A stretch of 64,000 bases of DNA from Somniosus microcephalus (taxonomy: Eukaryota). The position numbers and the translations under genes are program-made. The notes below the pieces were generated by a model that ran no database searches, was not told the origin of the DNA, and worked only from the letters and a program-made list of their open reading frames with translations. Of the stretch, positions 47,794-59,397 are shown piece after piece; within the stretch, counting starts at the first letter, position 1; every line of letters begins with the position of its first letter. The DNA lies in assembly GCA_052327205.1 (NCBI GenBank), contig CM126223.1:21328001-21392000 (forward strand). The letters are read 5' to 3'.

Positions 47794-48519
47794 TATATGA
47801 TAATGTCATAAAGCTGCTAATAGCCATTTCAAGTGAAAACATTTCCATTAAAACTCACTTTTACTGTACAGTTGAAATATAATTGAATCGGTGCTGGGAA
47901 CCCAATATTGAAGTAGTTCTCTTTACATTAAACAGAAATAGTCAGGAGCATGAAATTTCCTTTAATCGTGACATGAGAATTCCCAAATTATCACTATCTT
48001 ATGTTTAAAGGAATGCACATTTTATGATAAATCAAGGATTTAAACTATATATTTGGCCTATTACATAACAAATGTCTCAAGGTGCTTTATTGGCAATCAG
48101 AAGACAACAAGTAGGATGTGGGAGAGTAGTTACAGGAGGTGAACAAACGTACAAAATAAACAGGTAGCTTTTGAGGAGGCGCTTGAAGGTGGGAGAGAAG
48201 AGGCAAGGCAGAGGGGTTTCAGAAGAGATTTCCAGAGTAAAAAGGGGATGGTGGCTGAATGATCTACCACTAACAGTGGAGCAGGAGAGGCGAACAGGGG
48301 AAGACACAGTAGATAGATTGTTGGAAAAGCAGAGGGTGCATGCTGGGACATTAGCGGGAGGAGACTGTAGAATTCATGGAGGCATTTGAATGAGGTACAG
48401 GGAGGGTGGCTTGCACCCATAGAACTGCACCCAACAAGGGTGAGAAATTTCAGGAGGGGGGGGTACAAACAGGCCAAAAATGCAATTAAATGCTAATACA
48501 CTTGAAGTAAACTACTCAC

Positions 48520-48660
48520 CTTTTACCCTCATATTTTGTTAGTGTGATGTCCCAGGCAAAGCAGCCTCCTTCGCAAGCAGCCACAAGGTATTGATCGGGG
48601 CAGGTTGGGACAAGGCTCATCTTCAATGGGGTTGAACAAACTTTCAAAACCAGCAACTGA
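48520..48660 (-). CDS. LRWD1: LRWD1 exon
   Basis: (S)QLLVLKVCSTPLKMSLVPTCPDQYLVAACEGGCFAWDITLTKYEGK; TAG / GTGAGT; 141 nt, phases 2/2. Confidence 0.94.
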
Positions 48661-49140
48661 CTATTGCAATGTGAGAACACAAAGAGCGTTTGATTTAGTC
48701 AGAGTAGTTCCAAGAAAAATATAATTTCTCTTCTAGAACTTGGCTCGGAGACCCACCCATTAGTGTTTAGGTATGCTTCTCTATTCAATACCAATGTTGT
48801 GTAATATATACAGTTCATTCCTTCTATAATATATCACCCATGTATTAGAAATTATGTTTAACATACAAGGATATGTAATCAGATCAATAACATAGATGCA
48901 AGAAATCTAAATACATTCATAATGAAAGAACACATTTATAGCACCTAATCAATCTGTCAGGACGTCCCAAAGTGCTTCAGATCTATTAAATTTGGCATGG
49001 CATTCCATTTCAAAGTGCCTTGAAAAGTCCCATCTCAACCTCTTTCTATGGTAAATCTCATTACAAAAGTGTTCACATTTACCTTTTATAGGTGCCACCG
49101 TGAGAGGTATTTTGAATGTTAAAGCTGTCATGGCTCTACC

Positions 49141-51255
49141 TTTTTTTTATTCGTTTATGGGATGTGGGCGTCGCTGGCAAGGCCAGCATTTATTGCTCAT
49201 CCCTAGTTGACCTTGAGAAGGTGGTGGTGAGCCGCCTTCTTGAACCGCTACAGTCCATGTGGTGAAGGTACTCCCACAGTGCTGTTAGGGAGGGAGTTCC
49301 AGGATTTTGACCCAGCGACGATGAAGGAACGGCGATATACTTCTAAGTCAGGATGGTGTATGACTTGGAGGGGAACTTGGAGGTGGTGGTGTTCCCATGC
49401 ACCTGCTACCCTTGTCTAGGTGGAAGAGGTCGTGGGTTTGGGAGGTGCTGCCGAAGAAGCCTTGGTGAGTTGCTGCAGTGCATCTTGTAGATGGTACACA
49501 CTGCAGCCACAGTACGCCGGTGGTGGAGGGAGTGAATGTTTAAGGTGGTAGATGGGGTGCCAATCAAGCGGGCTGCTTTGTCCTGGATAGTGTCGATCTT
49601 CTTGAGTGTTATTGGAGCTATGCTCAACCAGGCAAGTGGAGAGTATTCAGTCACACTCCTTACTTGTGCCTTGTAGATGGTAGAAAGGCTTTGGGGAGTC
49701 AGAAGGTGAGAAACTCGCCGCAGAATACCTAGCCTCTGACCTGCTCTTGTTGCCACAGTATTTATGTAACTGGTCCAGTTAAGTTTCTGGTCAATGGTGA
49801 CCCCCAGGATGTTGGTGGGGGATTCGGCGATGGTAATGCCATTGAATGTCAAGGGGCGGTGGTTAGACACTCGCTTGTTGGAGATAGTCATTGCCTGGCA
49901 CTTCTGTGGCATGAATGTTACCTGCCACTTATCAGCCCAAGCCTGAACGTCGTCCAGGTCTTGTTGCATGTGGGCATGGACTGCTTCATTATCTGAGGAG
50001 TTGTGAATGGCGTTGAACACTGTGCAGTCATCAGCAAACATCCCCATTTCTGACCTTATGTTGGAGGGCAGGTCATTGATGAAGCAGCTGAAGATGGACA
50101 CTGCCCTGAGGAACTCCTGCAGCGATGTCCTGGGGCTGTGATGATTGACCTTCAATCACCACAACCATCTTCCTTTGTGTTAGTTATGACTCCAGCCAGT
50201 GGAGAGTTTTCCCACCGATTCCCATTGACTTCAGTTTTACTAGGGCTCCTTCATGCCACACTCGGTCAAATGCTGCCTTGATATCAAGGGCAGTCACTCT
50301 CACCTCACCTCTGGAATTTAGCTCCTTTGTCCATGTTTGAACCAAGGCTGTAATGAGGTCGGGAGCAGAGTGGTCTTGGCGGAACCCAAACTGGGCATCA
50401 ATGAGCAGGTTATTGGTAAGTGCCGCTTGATAGCACTGTCGATGACACCTTCCATCACTTTGCTGATGATTGAGAGTAGACTGATGGGCGGTAATTGGCC
50501 GGATTGGATTTGTCCTGCTTTTTGTAGACAGGACTTACCTGGGCAGTTTTCCACATTGTCGGATATATGCCAGTGTTGCAGCTGTACTGGAACAACTTGG
50601 CTAGAGGCGCGGCTAGTTCCGGAGCACAAGTCTTCAGCATGATAGCCGGGATGTTGTCGAGGCCCATAGTCTTTGCCATATCCAGTGCGTTCAGCTGTTT
50701 CTTGATATTATGTGGACTGAATCGAATTGGCTGAAGACTGGCTTCTGTGATGGTGGGGACCTCAGGAGGAGGCCGATATGGATCATCCACTCGTCACTTC
50801 TGGCTGAAGATGGTTGCAAACGCTTCAGCCTTGTCTTTTGCACTCACGTGCTGGGCTCCACCATCATTGAGGATGGGGATATTCATGGAGCCTTCTCCTC
50901 CCATTAGTTGTTTAATGGTCCGCCACCATTCACGCCTGGATGTGGCAGGACTGCAGAGCTTTGATCTGATCCATTGATTGTGGGATCGCATAGCTCCGTC
51001 TATAGCATGCTGCTTCCACTTTTTAGCATGCATGTAGCCCTGTGTTGCAGCTTCCCCAGGTTGGCACCTCATTTTTAGGTACACCTGGTGCTGCTCCTGG
51101 CATGCTCTTCTACACTCCTTATTGAACCAGGGTTGATCCCCTGGCTTGATGGTAATGGTAGAGTGAGGGATATGCCAGGCCATGAGCTTACAGATTGTGG
51201 TGGAATACAATTCTGCTGCTGCTGATGGCCCACAGCGCCTCATGGATGCCCAGCA
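49141..51255 (-). mobile_element. LINE family B, 5'-truncated and frameshifted
   Basis: ORFs 50794..51378, 50455..50790 and 49406..50155 (MFADDCT); A-rich tail at 49141. Confidence 0.88.
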
Positions 51256-52266
51256 ATGTCTGTGTGACACAATAGCTGGTATTTTACAATGAGAGTAAAT
51301 GTGGCAAAATACTGCATGAAGTTGCAAGCTTTGGCCACTGAGTGACACCATGGAACAATACATTTCCCTCGGCTCCAAAGGTGTGCTATGTTGGTTTCTT
51401 TCAGTTATGTATTTTAAAATTTTAAACGCATTTAGCGGTTAACCTTTCTTTTTATTTCCACTTTCCAGGTAATATTTTTCTCAAGTGTTTCGTTGGCCTG
51501 GCCTCCCATGTCTGCCAGGGCCCAAAATACACTGCTGCCAGTTATGGTATTTTATATCAACAGATTATATGTTGTATATTTACCATTTATTAAAATTTTT
51601 ATACAATTATATATTGATTATTGCCATTTTTCCCTTCCTCGCTGCTGGTCCCCATCCTGGTCAGTCGGATGCTCCACGGCTGGATTTGGGCCATCACTGG
51701 AGCACAGCTTCCTCCAAATTCCCTCCTAATCTGTTGCTAGCTATGGAGTAAGACCTTTGAGAAAGATGAGAGCAGGCCCTGCTCAAAACTCTGACAGCCG
51801 CTCCCGCAAGTGGCACACAGTGGCCACCCTGCTGGCTGATTTTTGCCTTGGATCACTTTGGCTGATAGCCCGCCCCACTCAGTTCCTCCCCCACTCACAT
51901 CCTCTCAGTTGTGTCAAGTGTGGGTGGGCTGCAGCCTGACAATGCAGAGAGCCCTCACGGCTCCATTCTGGCACCACAATAGTTGTAGTCTTTCCTATAA
52001 TTGCAAAATGATCATCGAAAAACTAAAACAAAATCCATGGAAAGGTCATTAAACTTAATTTTACTGCTAGCTGATGATCAAAGCATCTAAACACATCCTT
52101 GTGTACCTTGTTTGATGAAAAACGTGATTCTGTTCCATCCTCAAACCAAAAGTCTGCAAAAGGCTTTTTGGGAAGCTAGTGCCCCGTTGAAATTGCAATG
52201 GATGAATAGATGGAGTTAAGTTTAAATACTGTTTCTATTTACTTAGTAAGACTGCACAGCATTTAC

Positions 52267-52339
52267 CTCACTCTGAAGTTATAATCACAATCTGGAACAC
52301 CGATATCCCATAAGATGACGGTTTCATCATAGGATCCAG
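52267..52339 (-). CDS. LRWD1: LRWD1 exon
   Basis: (T)GSYDETVILWDIGVPDCDYNFRV, a WD repeat; CAG / GTAAAT; 73 nt, phases 1/2. Confidence 0.94.
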
Positions 52340-53539
52340 CTGGTTAAAGAAAATGAATTGAAACATTATAATCTGAAATGTTGCAAGTGAGACTGAGGCA
52401 ATCCCAAGACATATCTATTTCAACAGTTAGTTACGACCCCTCTGTTACTGTTATTTTGTGAGTAGCTGCCGTATATTGTATTGCTGACTGATCTGGTCTG
52501 TTATGATTCTAATATTAAAATAGTAGCTTCAGTGGGATCTTTATAATTGTTTTATGTTCAACGCCACACAAAAAAATCAATAAATGGAAGAAACTCACAG
52601 AAGCAAGGGCCCTTTAAGAAGGAGAGTTCCGCTCAGTCAGTAGGTGGAAATTCTAAACCCTGATGCCAAACAAGGGCCATGACAGTCATTTAGGTCTTTC
52701 CTCACACCTACTGTCCAACAGGTATTGTTCTTGAAGCATACATTAATAGTAATTAATTCTCTCGTCTCATCTACTGTGATAGCCACTATGTTAAAATGAT
52801 AGGAAGGGAGGTGGTGGGGTAAATTCCCATTGAGGGAACCAGCTGGATAGATGGGGGATCTTGCGGTCAGTAAAAACCATCATTCCACAAAACTCAATTG
52901 GGAGAAAAACTACATCTTCTAGTGTGCACAACAGGTATTTAAGCATTCAAAGTAGACTTTGCAATTAAAAACACATGGTCAATGATTTTACTATAACTGC
53001 TGTAAACTGAAGTGTGTTTTTGGGTGGACAAAACAAATAGACAGCTGAAGAAGTGGGTACTTTGAAACATATCCCCCTTTTCCCAGCATAGCATTCAGTA
53101 GGAGTTTTTATTACCTTATACGATGGTTACTGTACAAACACTGCGGAGGCACAAAATAATTTCAGATGTATTCTGATTCATGTTTATCTGGTGCTGCAGC
53201 GGGATGTAAGCTGATCCTGCGGCGTTGAGGCATCTCATGATACTAATTCATGCCCATTTTAGAAAGTTTTATATGTGTCGGGTCCAAGTTACAAGGAATA
53301 TATAAAGTAAATGAATCCATTTAATGTTATTACATTCCAAGGATTCCTCAATATCGCTGATTACATTCCAGGAAAGAGAGATTTGCCACATTAGGAGATA
53401 TATGTAACAGGCTACTGTGGGGCTGAAACACAATTTTTTGAATTAAGTTAAAAGGAAGAAAACATTAACATATTGGCTCAGGAAATCAAGATGTACAATC
53501 AGTCTGGGTGGAGCTAAGAAGCACTAAGGGGTAGAAAAC

Positions 53540-53950
53540 ATTGAGGACTGTAAAAGACTTCAGGAACACATAGGTTGGCAGAATGGGCAGATGCCATTCA
53601 ATGCAAGTGTAAAGTAATTCATTTTGGAAAGAAAACCAAGGAATGAGAAGAAAGAGGGAACACTCAATGGAAAGATGAGTTCCGAGGAGAGATGAGATAC
53701 TGGGACTATTTCCACTGGAATAGGGAGGCTAAGAGGAGATTTAAGAGGTTTTTTAAATTATGAAGGGTTTTGATAGCTTGAATAGGGAAAGATCATTTCC
53801 TCTGGTTAAGGAGTCAATGACAAGGGGGCATCAATTTGAATTATTACTACAGGAATAAAAAAAGAAGTTGGAAGAAATTTCTTTAAGAGCTAGTTCAGAA
53901 ACGCTGGCTTAAATGGCCTCCTTCTGTACTGTAAATGTCTATGATTCTAT
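53540..53950 (+). mobile_element. Old deleted CR1 3' fragment
   Basis: AGGCTAAGAGGAGATTT.. and AATGGCCTCCTTCTGT..TCTATGATTCTA tail. Confidence 0.65.
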
Positions 53951-54134
53951 ATACATCGACCATTTCAAATCTTGTGGTTTATTTTAGCAGATCTTGTTCT
54001 TTACTTTAGCTCATGGTTATAAATAATACCAATTAATGCATTTTCCTCACCCTCAATCAAGATAAAACTGTAAGCTTGCTCTCCTCCACCAAAATCATCT
54101 TAAAATCTCTCCCCATACAAAGTTCAATACTTAC

Positions 54135-54339
54135 TGAAGAGAAACGTCTCCCGTTTTGGACAAAAGCAGAGAGCAGATATTGATTTCTTGTGAGCCTTTA
54201 TCTTCCCATAGCAGTAATTCACCTTTGCGTGAATCAGTTTTACCACACCCATCCGGCCACCCACAGCTAACACGTTGAGTTTTCTTTTCTGATCCTTATC
54301 AATCACAGTTAGGGTAGTCCAGGCCAGGGAAAAGAATTC
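54135..54339 (-). CDS. LRWD1: LRWD1 exon
   Basis: EFFSLAWTTLTVIDKDQKRKLNVLAVGGRMGVVKLIHAKVNYCYGKIKAHKKSISALCFCPKRETFLF; CAG / GTAAGT; 205 nt, phases 0/1. Confidence 0.95.
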
Positions 54340-55009
54340 CTGAGGAAAATCATATAAAACAATAAAGATCTTATCATGGATATTGTATTCTTAATACACC
54401 TATACCTTAGATAGGATATGGATCAATTAAAAGGATGTCAGATTATCTGTACAGTATGACCATTACTAGCTCACGCTTTATGTACACTCCTGAAGACAAT
54501 TCTAAAGAAAGGGAAGACTTTCTGGCATTGGAACCAGCTTACTCACTAATGTACAGTGCTGTTTCAAATCTCACCCATCTTAAAAACTAAACTATTATAG
54601 TTAAATTTTAATTTGTGCACACCATAATTATACAGTTTAAAATCATAATTTGCACACTTACAAATATTTATGGTAAAACATGAGCATCTCATATTTTGCA
54701 TAAGAAACACCAGGGTCAAGTACATGAACCAGTCTTTTAATACAATGAAAGCACTGGTTTAAGCCATATTCCCTGTTAGCGTGCACAGTTGGGGACCACT
54801 GTGGTATCAACAGACCAGAATTTCAGGAAGCACCAATTTCTCTTTACTCCAGTTCCTGGTAGATTAAACATTTGTTACAAATATTAGAGAGAAAAAAAGA
54901 AATTGAGACACACAAACAGAGACAGAGAAGAAGCTTTGCAAAAAAGACATAGGCAATATCCTACACCTTCAGGTGTGCTTCTTACTACAGACTATATAAC
55001 TGCACTCAC

Positions 55010-55113
55010 TTCTCCAATTGATTTATACTTGTGATGGACGATCCCAGTTTCACAGTCAATGATGCAAACTGAATCTCCTCCGCATGTAGCCACAGTTCGA
55101 GATGATCGCAGCC
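55010..55113 (-). CDS. LRWD1: LRWD1 exon
   Basis: (G)LRSSRTVATCGGDSVCIIDCETGIVHHKYKSIGE; TAG / GTGAGT; 104 nt, phases 1/0. Confidence 0.95.
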
Positions 55114-55269
55114 CTACATTCGATACGAACATTTAAATACATGGTTTATGTAAAGCTAAACATGACATTTTTTCTACTACCTCTGATTGACTATTCTCTA
55201 AAAATAAAATTAAAGAACTACTCCAGTGACTACTCACAGAAATCATATGAATAAATATTCCCTAGTAAC

Positions 55270-55685
55270 TGGCATTTAGAGTTTAGAAGAATGATTGGTG
55301 ATCTAATTGAAATATATCAAATTCTTAAGGGCTTGACAGGGTAGATACTGGGAGGATGTTTCCCCTGGCTGGGGAGTCTAGAACTAGGCATCACAGTCTC
55401 AGAATAAGGGGTTGGCCATTTAGGACTGAGATGAGGAGAAATTTCTTTACTCAATGAGTTGTGAATCCTTGGAATTCCCTACCTCGGAGGGCTGTGGATG
55501 CTCAGTTGTTGAGTCTTTGTCAAGACAGAGATCAATAGATTTTTGGATACTAAGGGAATCAAGGGATATCGGGATAGTGCGGGAAGGTGGAGTTGAGGTA
55601 GAAGATCAGCTATGGTCTTACTGAATGATGGAGCAGGCTCGAAGGGCCGAATGACCTACTCCTGCTCCTATGTTTTTATTTCTAT
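55270..55685 (+). mobile_element. CR1 3' fragment
   Basis: Similar to 7285-7695. Confidence 0.8.
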
Positions 55686-57438
55686 GGTCAAAAATTAATT
55701 TTAAATTTATCTGCAAAAGTTATTTTATAGTTAATCCTGCAGAGCATCTCCTTTAACTATCTCACAGAGTGGACTATAATGCTTGTTTTCATATTACTAT
55801 GGCACCCACAAACTCGATGTCTCCTCATGCAAATGCTCTAGATTTGCCACCTTTAAGCTCCATCAAGCTCATGAATGCCTGTCTCGCTGCCTCAGAAATT
55901 TCTAGTGGTTGGGTTTTTCTTTTGTTTAATAGCTTTGGATTTTGAAATATAGGGCTAAGGATTATAAAATGTTGCTTTCTGATTGGTGTTCCACCAACTA
56001 GAGGAAGGTGTTTTTCAATTAATCAGTCCTGTATTGAAAAACCCAGCACTGTAATGGCTATAATAGTGGAACAGAGGAACCGGGGCTTCTCTGGGCACAA
56101 GTCAGGAACCCCGAGTTATACATTTCATGAGAAAATGGGCAACCTGCACCCAGGCCCCGACACTACCGCTCCTCTAAGCCAGCCACGAGGAGCTGCATGA
56201 GGGTAGCACGCTGATGACACCGATTTTCTTTCTGTCTCTTCTAGGAAACTGAGCTCTGCTCAGTGCTTCCTCACGGAAATTTGACATGGCCAGAATTAAG
56301 GCATTGTGAACATAAATCTACATCATACTTCTCTATAGTGCTGTGCCAAAAAGGATTAATGTCTGTTCACATCCCACAAGAAATTTGCATCACAAATAAC
56401 TCAGGAATTCTCAAAGCAGTTTCAGTTTGGGGGTGGAAAAGATGTATTGCAAAAATGTATTGGATTCAATTTTCAGAGACTGCTCGACCACAAAACAGGA
56501 GCGCAGCTGCAGCTAATGGGCCCCGAGGCCCAAAGGTCATCTGGAAAGAGGGAAATACTTAACAGATTGCATTAACCGTTTTTTCTGGACCCATCTTCAG
56601 ACTGTCCGCTTGGGATCCCTGCAAACCCACTGGTCGACAGGGACCCCAGCGCAATACCTAACAACAGATTTCTTCAGGCACTGCTCCACATGGACGCCCA
56701 ACTGCCAAACGACAACGACAGAAATGTGGCGGGAGGTTAGGAATGCCCCCTCTTGCCTCATTTGAATGATTAACTGGCCCCAGTACAGCCTATTTGGAAC
56801 CCCCCCCAGAGTGGTGTAATGGGGCAGAGACCTGACGTAATAGGCCTCTGTCCCTTTTTCCTCTTGGCTGCAACTTGGAACAGTTCCTCAGGTACTGCAA
56901 TGAGGAAAAACAAATCACAAAAGTTTCATTTGGAGAACAAGATTCTTTCAACATAATGAATAGAACATTGGAAAGTACAATCCACCTGGCCAGTCTCTAA
57001 TATCTGTCCAGTTTATCCTTTGATTTTTTTCCCCACACACTCTGCCTTCCTGTTCAGCATATTCACTATCGTCTGCGGAGGATAGTTAAATCCAACCTGT
57101 CTGTACATCTTCTCTTTTCTAAGCTAGAGCCAGTGTCCCCTGGTTTTATAGCTTGCGGAAGTGTACAGCACACTGTCAGATTCAATGTATTTATTCCATT
57201 ACGTATCTTGAATATTTGAATAATAACTCCCTTAAATCTTCTCCAGAATAAACAATCACAGTTTGGTTGTACTGCCTCTAATGCCTGGATTTCCTGCTGT
57301 AGTGCAGCATGCAGAATTCGATACAATACTCCAGGTGTAGCCAAAACAGTGTCATATACAGAACCAATATCCTTATGCGGGCTTCAGTAAGCTATCCATC
57401 AACACCCCCATATCCCTCTCCTGTAGTCTAGAGTCATT

Positions 57439-58273
57439 GGCCTCGATTTTAACTGACCTGTGGAGTCGGGATTGGAGGCGTGTGGGGGGGGTTAAAGTCC
57501 CGAATTTGGGGGTCCCAACACCATCCCGCCCCAAACCCGCCTCCATGCAAGTTTCAAAGGAGGCGGGTACCCGCCCCACACTGGGACCCGCCTACCCGAG
57601 ACGAGAAGGGATTAGTGACAATTAACTACCTGTTAACAGGTAGTTAACAGGCAGTTTTTAGCCTAATTCCAATTTAAAGCTTGAAGTGTGGGATTCCCGA
57701 CGGCTCCAAACCACGCCAAATTAGAGGAGTCGGGCCGTCGGGCTGAAGGACTTGGAGGGGTCGAGATGTCGGTGTTCAGGTGAGTGATGGGTGCATGAGT
57801 GCAAAGGTAAGTGTGTCTAAAGTGTGTAAAGAAGTTTAAATTACCTGTACTTACCTTTTCAGCCTTCCTTCCTCTAGGTTTCGGGAGTCCATCACCTAAC
57901 CGGCACAGAAAGCAGAATGGCTGCGAACTGTCAAAAGTGACAGCCTGCAGCTTTCTGTGCCGGTGAGATTTCTAACTGAGTCTGTGTAGAAGGACTCAGG
58001 TTAGAAGTAAGACTGTCAGTGTTTGACAGCTTCAAACAGCTGTGAAACACTGATATTTCATCTGTCAAAATGTCTTGACAGATGAAATTTCAGTCTGTGA
58101 TGTCACCTGTTGCCGGGTGGCCCTTAATTGGCCTGCTGAGCCCGCTGGGCAGGCTCAACAAGGTCAATCAAGTTAAAATCGCGTGGATTGGCTGCATCTC
58201 GATGGAGGCGGGACTACAACCCCGAAAGTTGTAGTCCCACCTCCTTCCCGACTTCTGAGTGAAAATCACCCCC
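57439..58273. mobile_element. Harbinger-type MITE inserted in an old minus-strand CR1 (~56990-58570)
   Basis: Termini GGCCTCGATTTT / AAAATCACCCCC; TSD ATT; CR1 sequence resumes across it. Confidence 0.72.
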
Positions 58274-58637
58274 ATTTAGTTTACATTCCCACTGTTTAGT
58301 TCCCATCCCTAGTCTCATTACCTTGTATTCATCCACATTATATAGCCTTTGCCACTCACCAGCCCACCTTTCCAACATATTCACATCAGTTTGCATTTGG
58401 TTTGTTTCCTCTCTATTGGTTGAGATCCCCACCAATATGGTGTCATTTGCAAACTTAGCTTTGTTTCTCTCTCCAGCTTCAAATCATTTGCATACACTGA
58501 AAATAGCACTAGCCACTGATCGTGCCAGTGAGCCTCTTGCCTCGTTTGTGCAATTCGATTCACAACCATCCAATGCTCATTTGGTTGTATTCTCTACATT
58601 CTATACACTGTTTTACTTTACAGTTGTATTATTTCAC

Positions 58638-58764
58638 CTGGAATCTGGGAATTCTTGACTTCTGGTTCAAAAGCACAGGCCCAGAGCTGAGTGCTGAAAT
58701 CCTCAGGGTTGTTATCCTTGCTGTGGCTCTGTAGAAAATGTAGAGGTTCTAGCACAACAGAATT
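58638..58764 (-). CDS. LRWD1: LRWD1 exon (start of WD40 region); earlier exons not found in window
   Basis: NSVVLEPLHFLQSHSKDNNPEDFSTQLWACAFEPEVKNSQIP; CCTCACTAG / GTGAAA; 127 nt, phases 0/1. Confidence 0.94.
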
Positions 58765-59397
58765 CTAGTGAGGATTTAAAAAAATACATCATGAGTGCTG
58801 GTCGGACATAATTCAATTCACAACCATCCTTTGCTTCTTTGATTCACAAAAGAAAACCATTTGGCCTATCAAGTTTGTGCTGGCTCTTTGCTAGAGCAAA
58901 GTACGGTCCTACTCTCTTCCCATAGCCTTGTAATGGTCTCTGCTGAAACGGCTCCCTGTGAAACAACCTTCTCCGTAATAACAAACCTCTTTCTGCACTC
59001 TTAGCAATAATTTTAAAATGATGACCCTATATCACCAACTCCCCAACCAGAGGAAGTAGTCTTATCTTATTCACTCTATCAAAACTCTAAAGAATTTTTA
59101 AAACCTCTATTCAGTATCTTCTTAGCCTTCTAAATTGCACCTGCCACCCATCTTCCCATTCCACTAACTTGTCTACATCTTCTTGATGTCTTTTACAGTC
59201 CGCCTCACTATTTGCCAAGTCTCCTTCTTTTGTGTCATCAGCAAGTTTTGAAATTGTGCTCCCTATACCCAAATCCAAATCATCTATATGCACAAACAAA
59301 GGACAAAAGTGGACCCAGCACTGACTCTACCCCGCCACCAGTACACCACTTCTAACCCTTCTCCAGTTCAAGCAACGCCTATTTCCTCAAACTCTTT

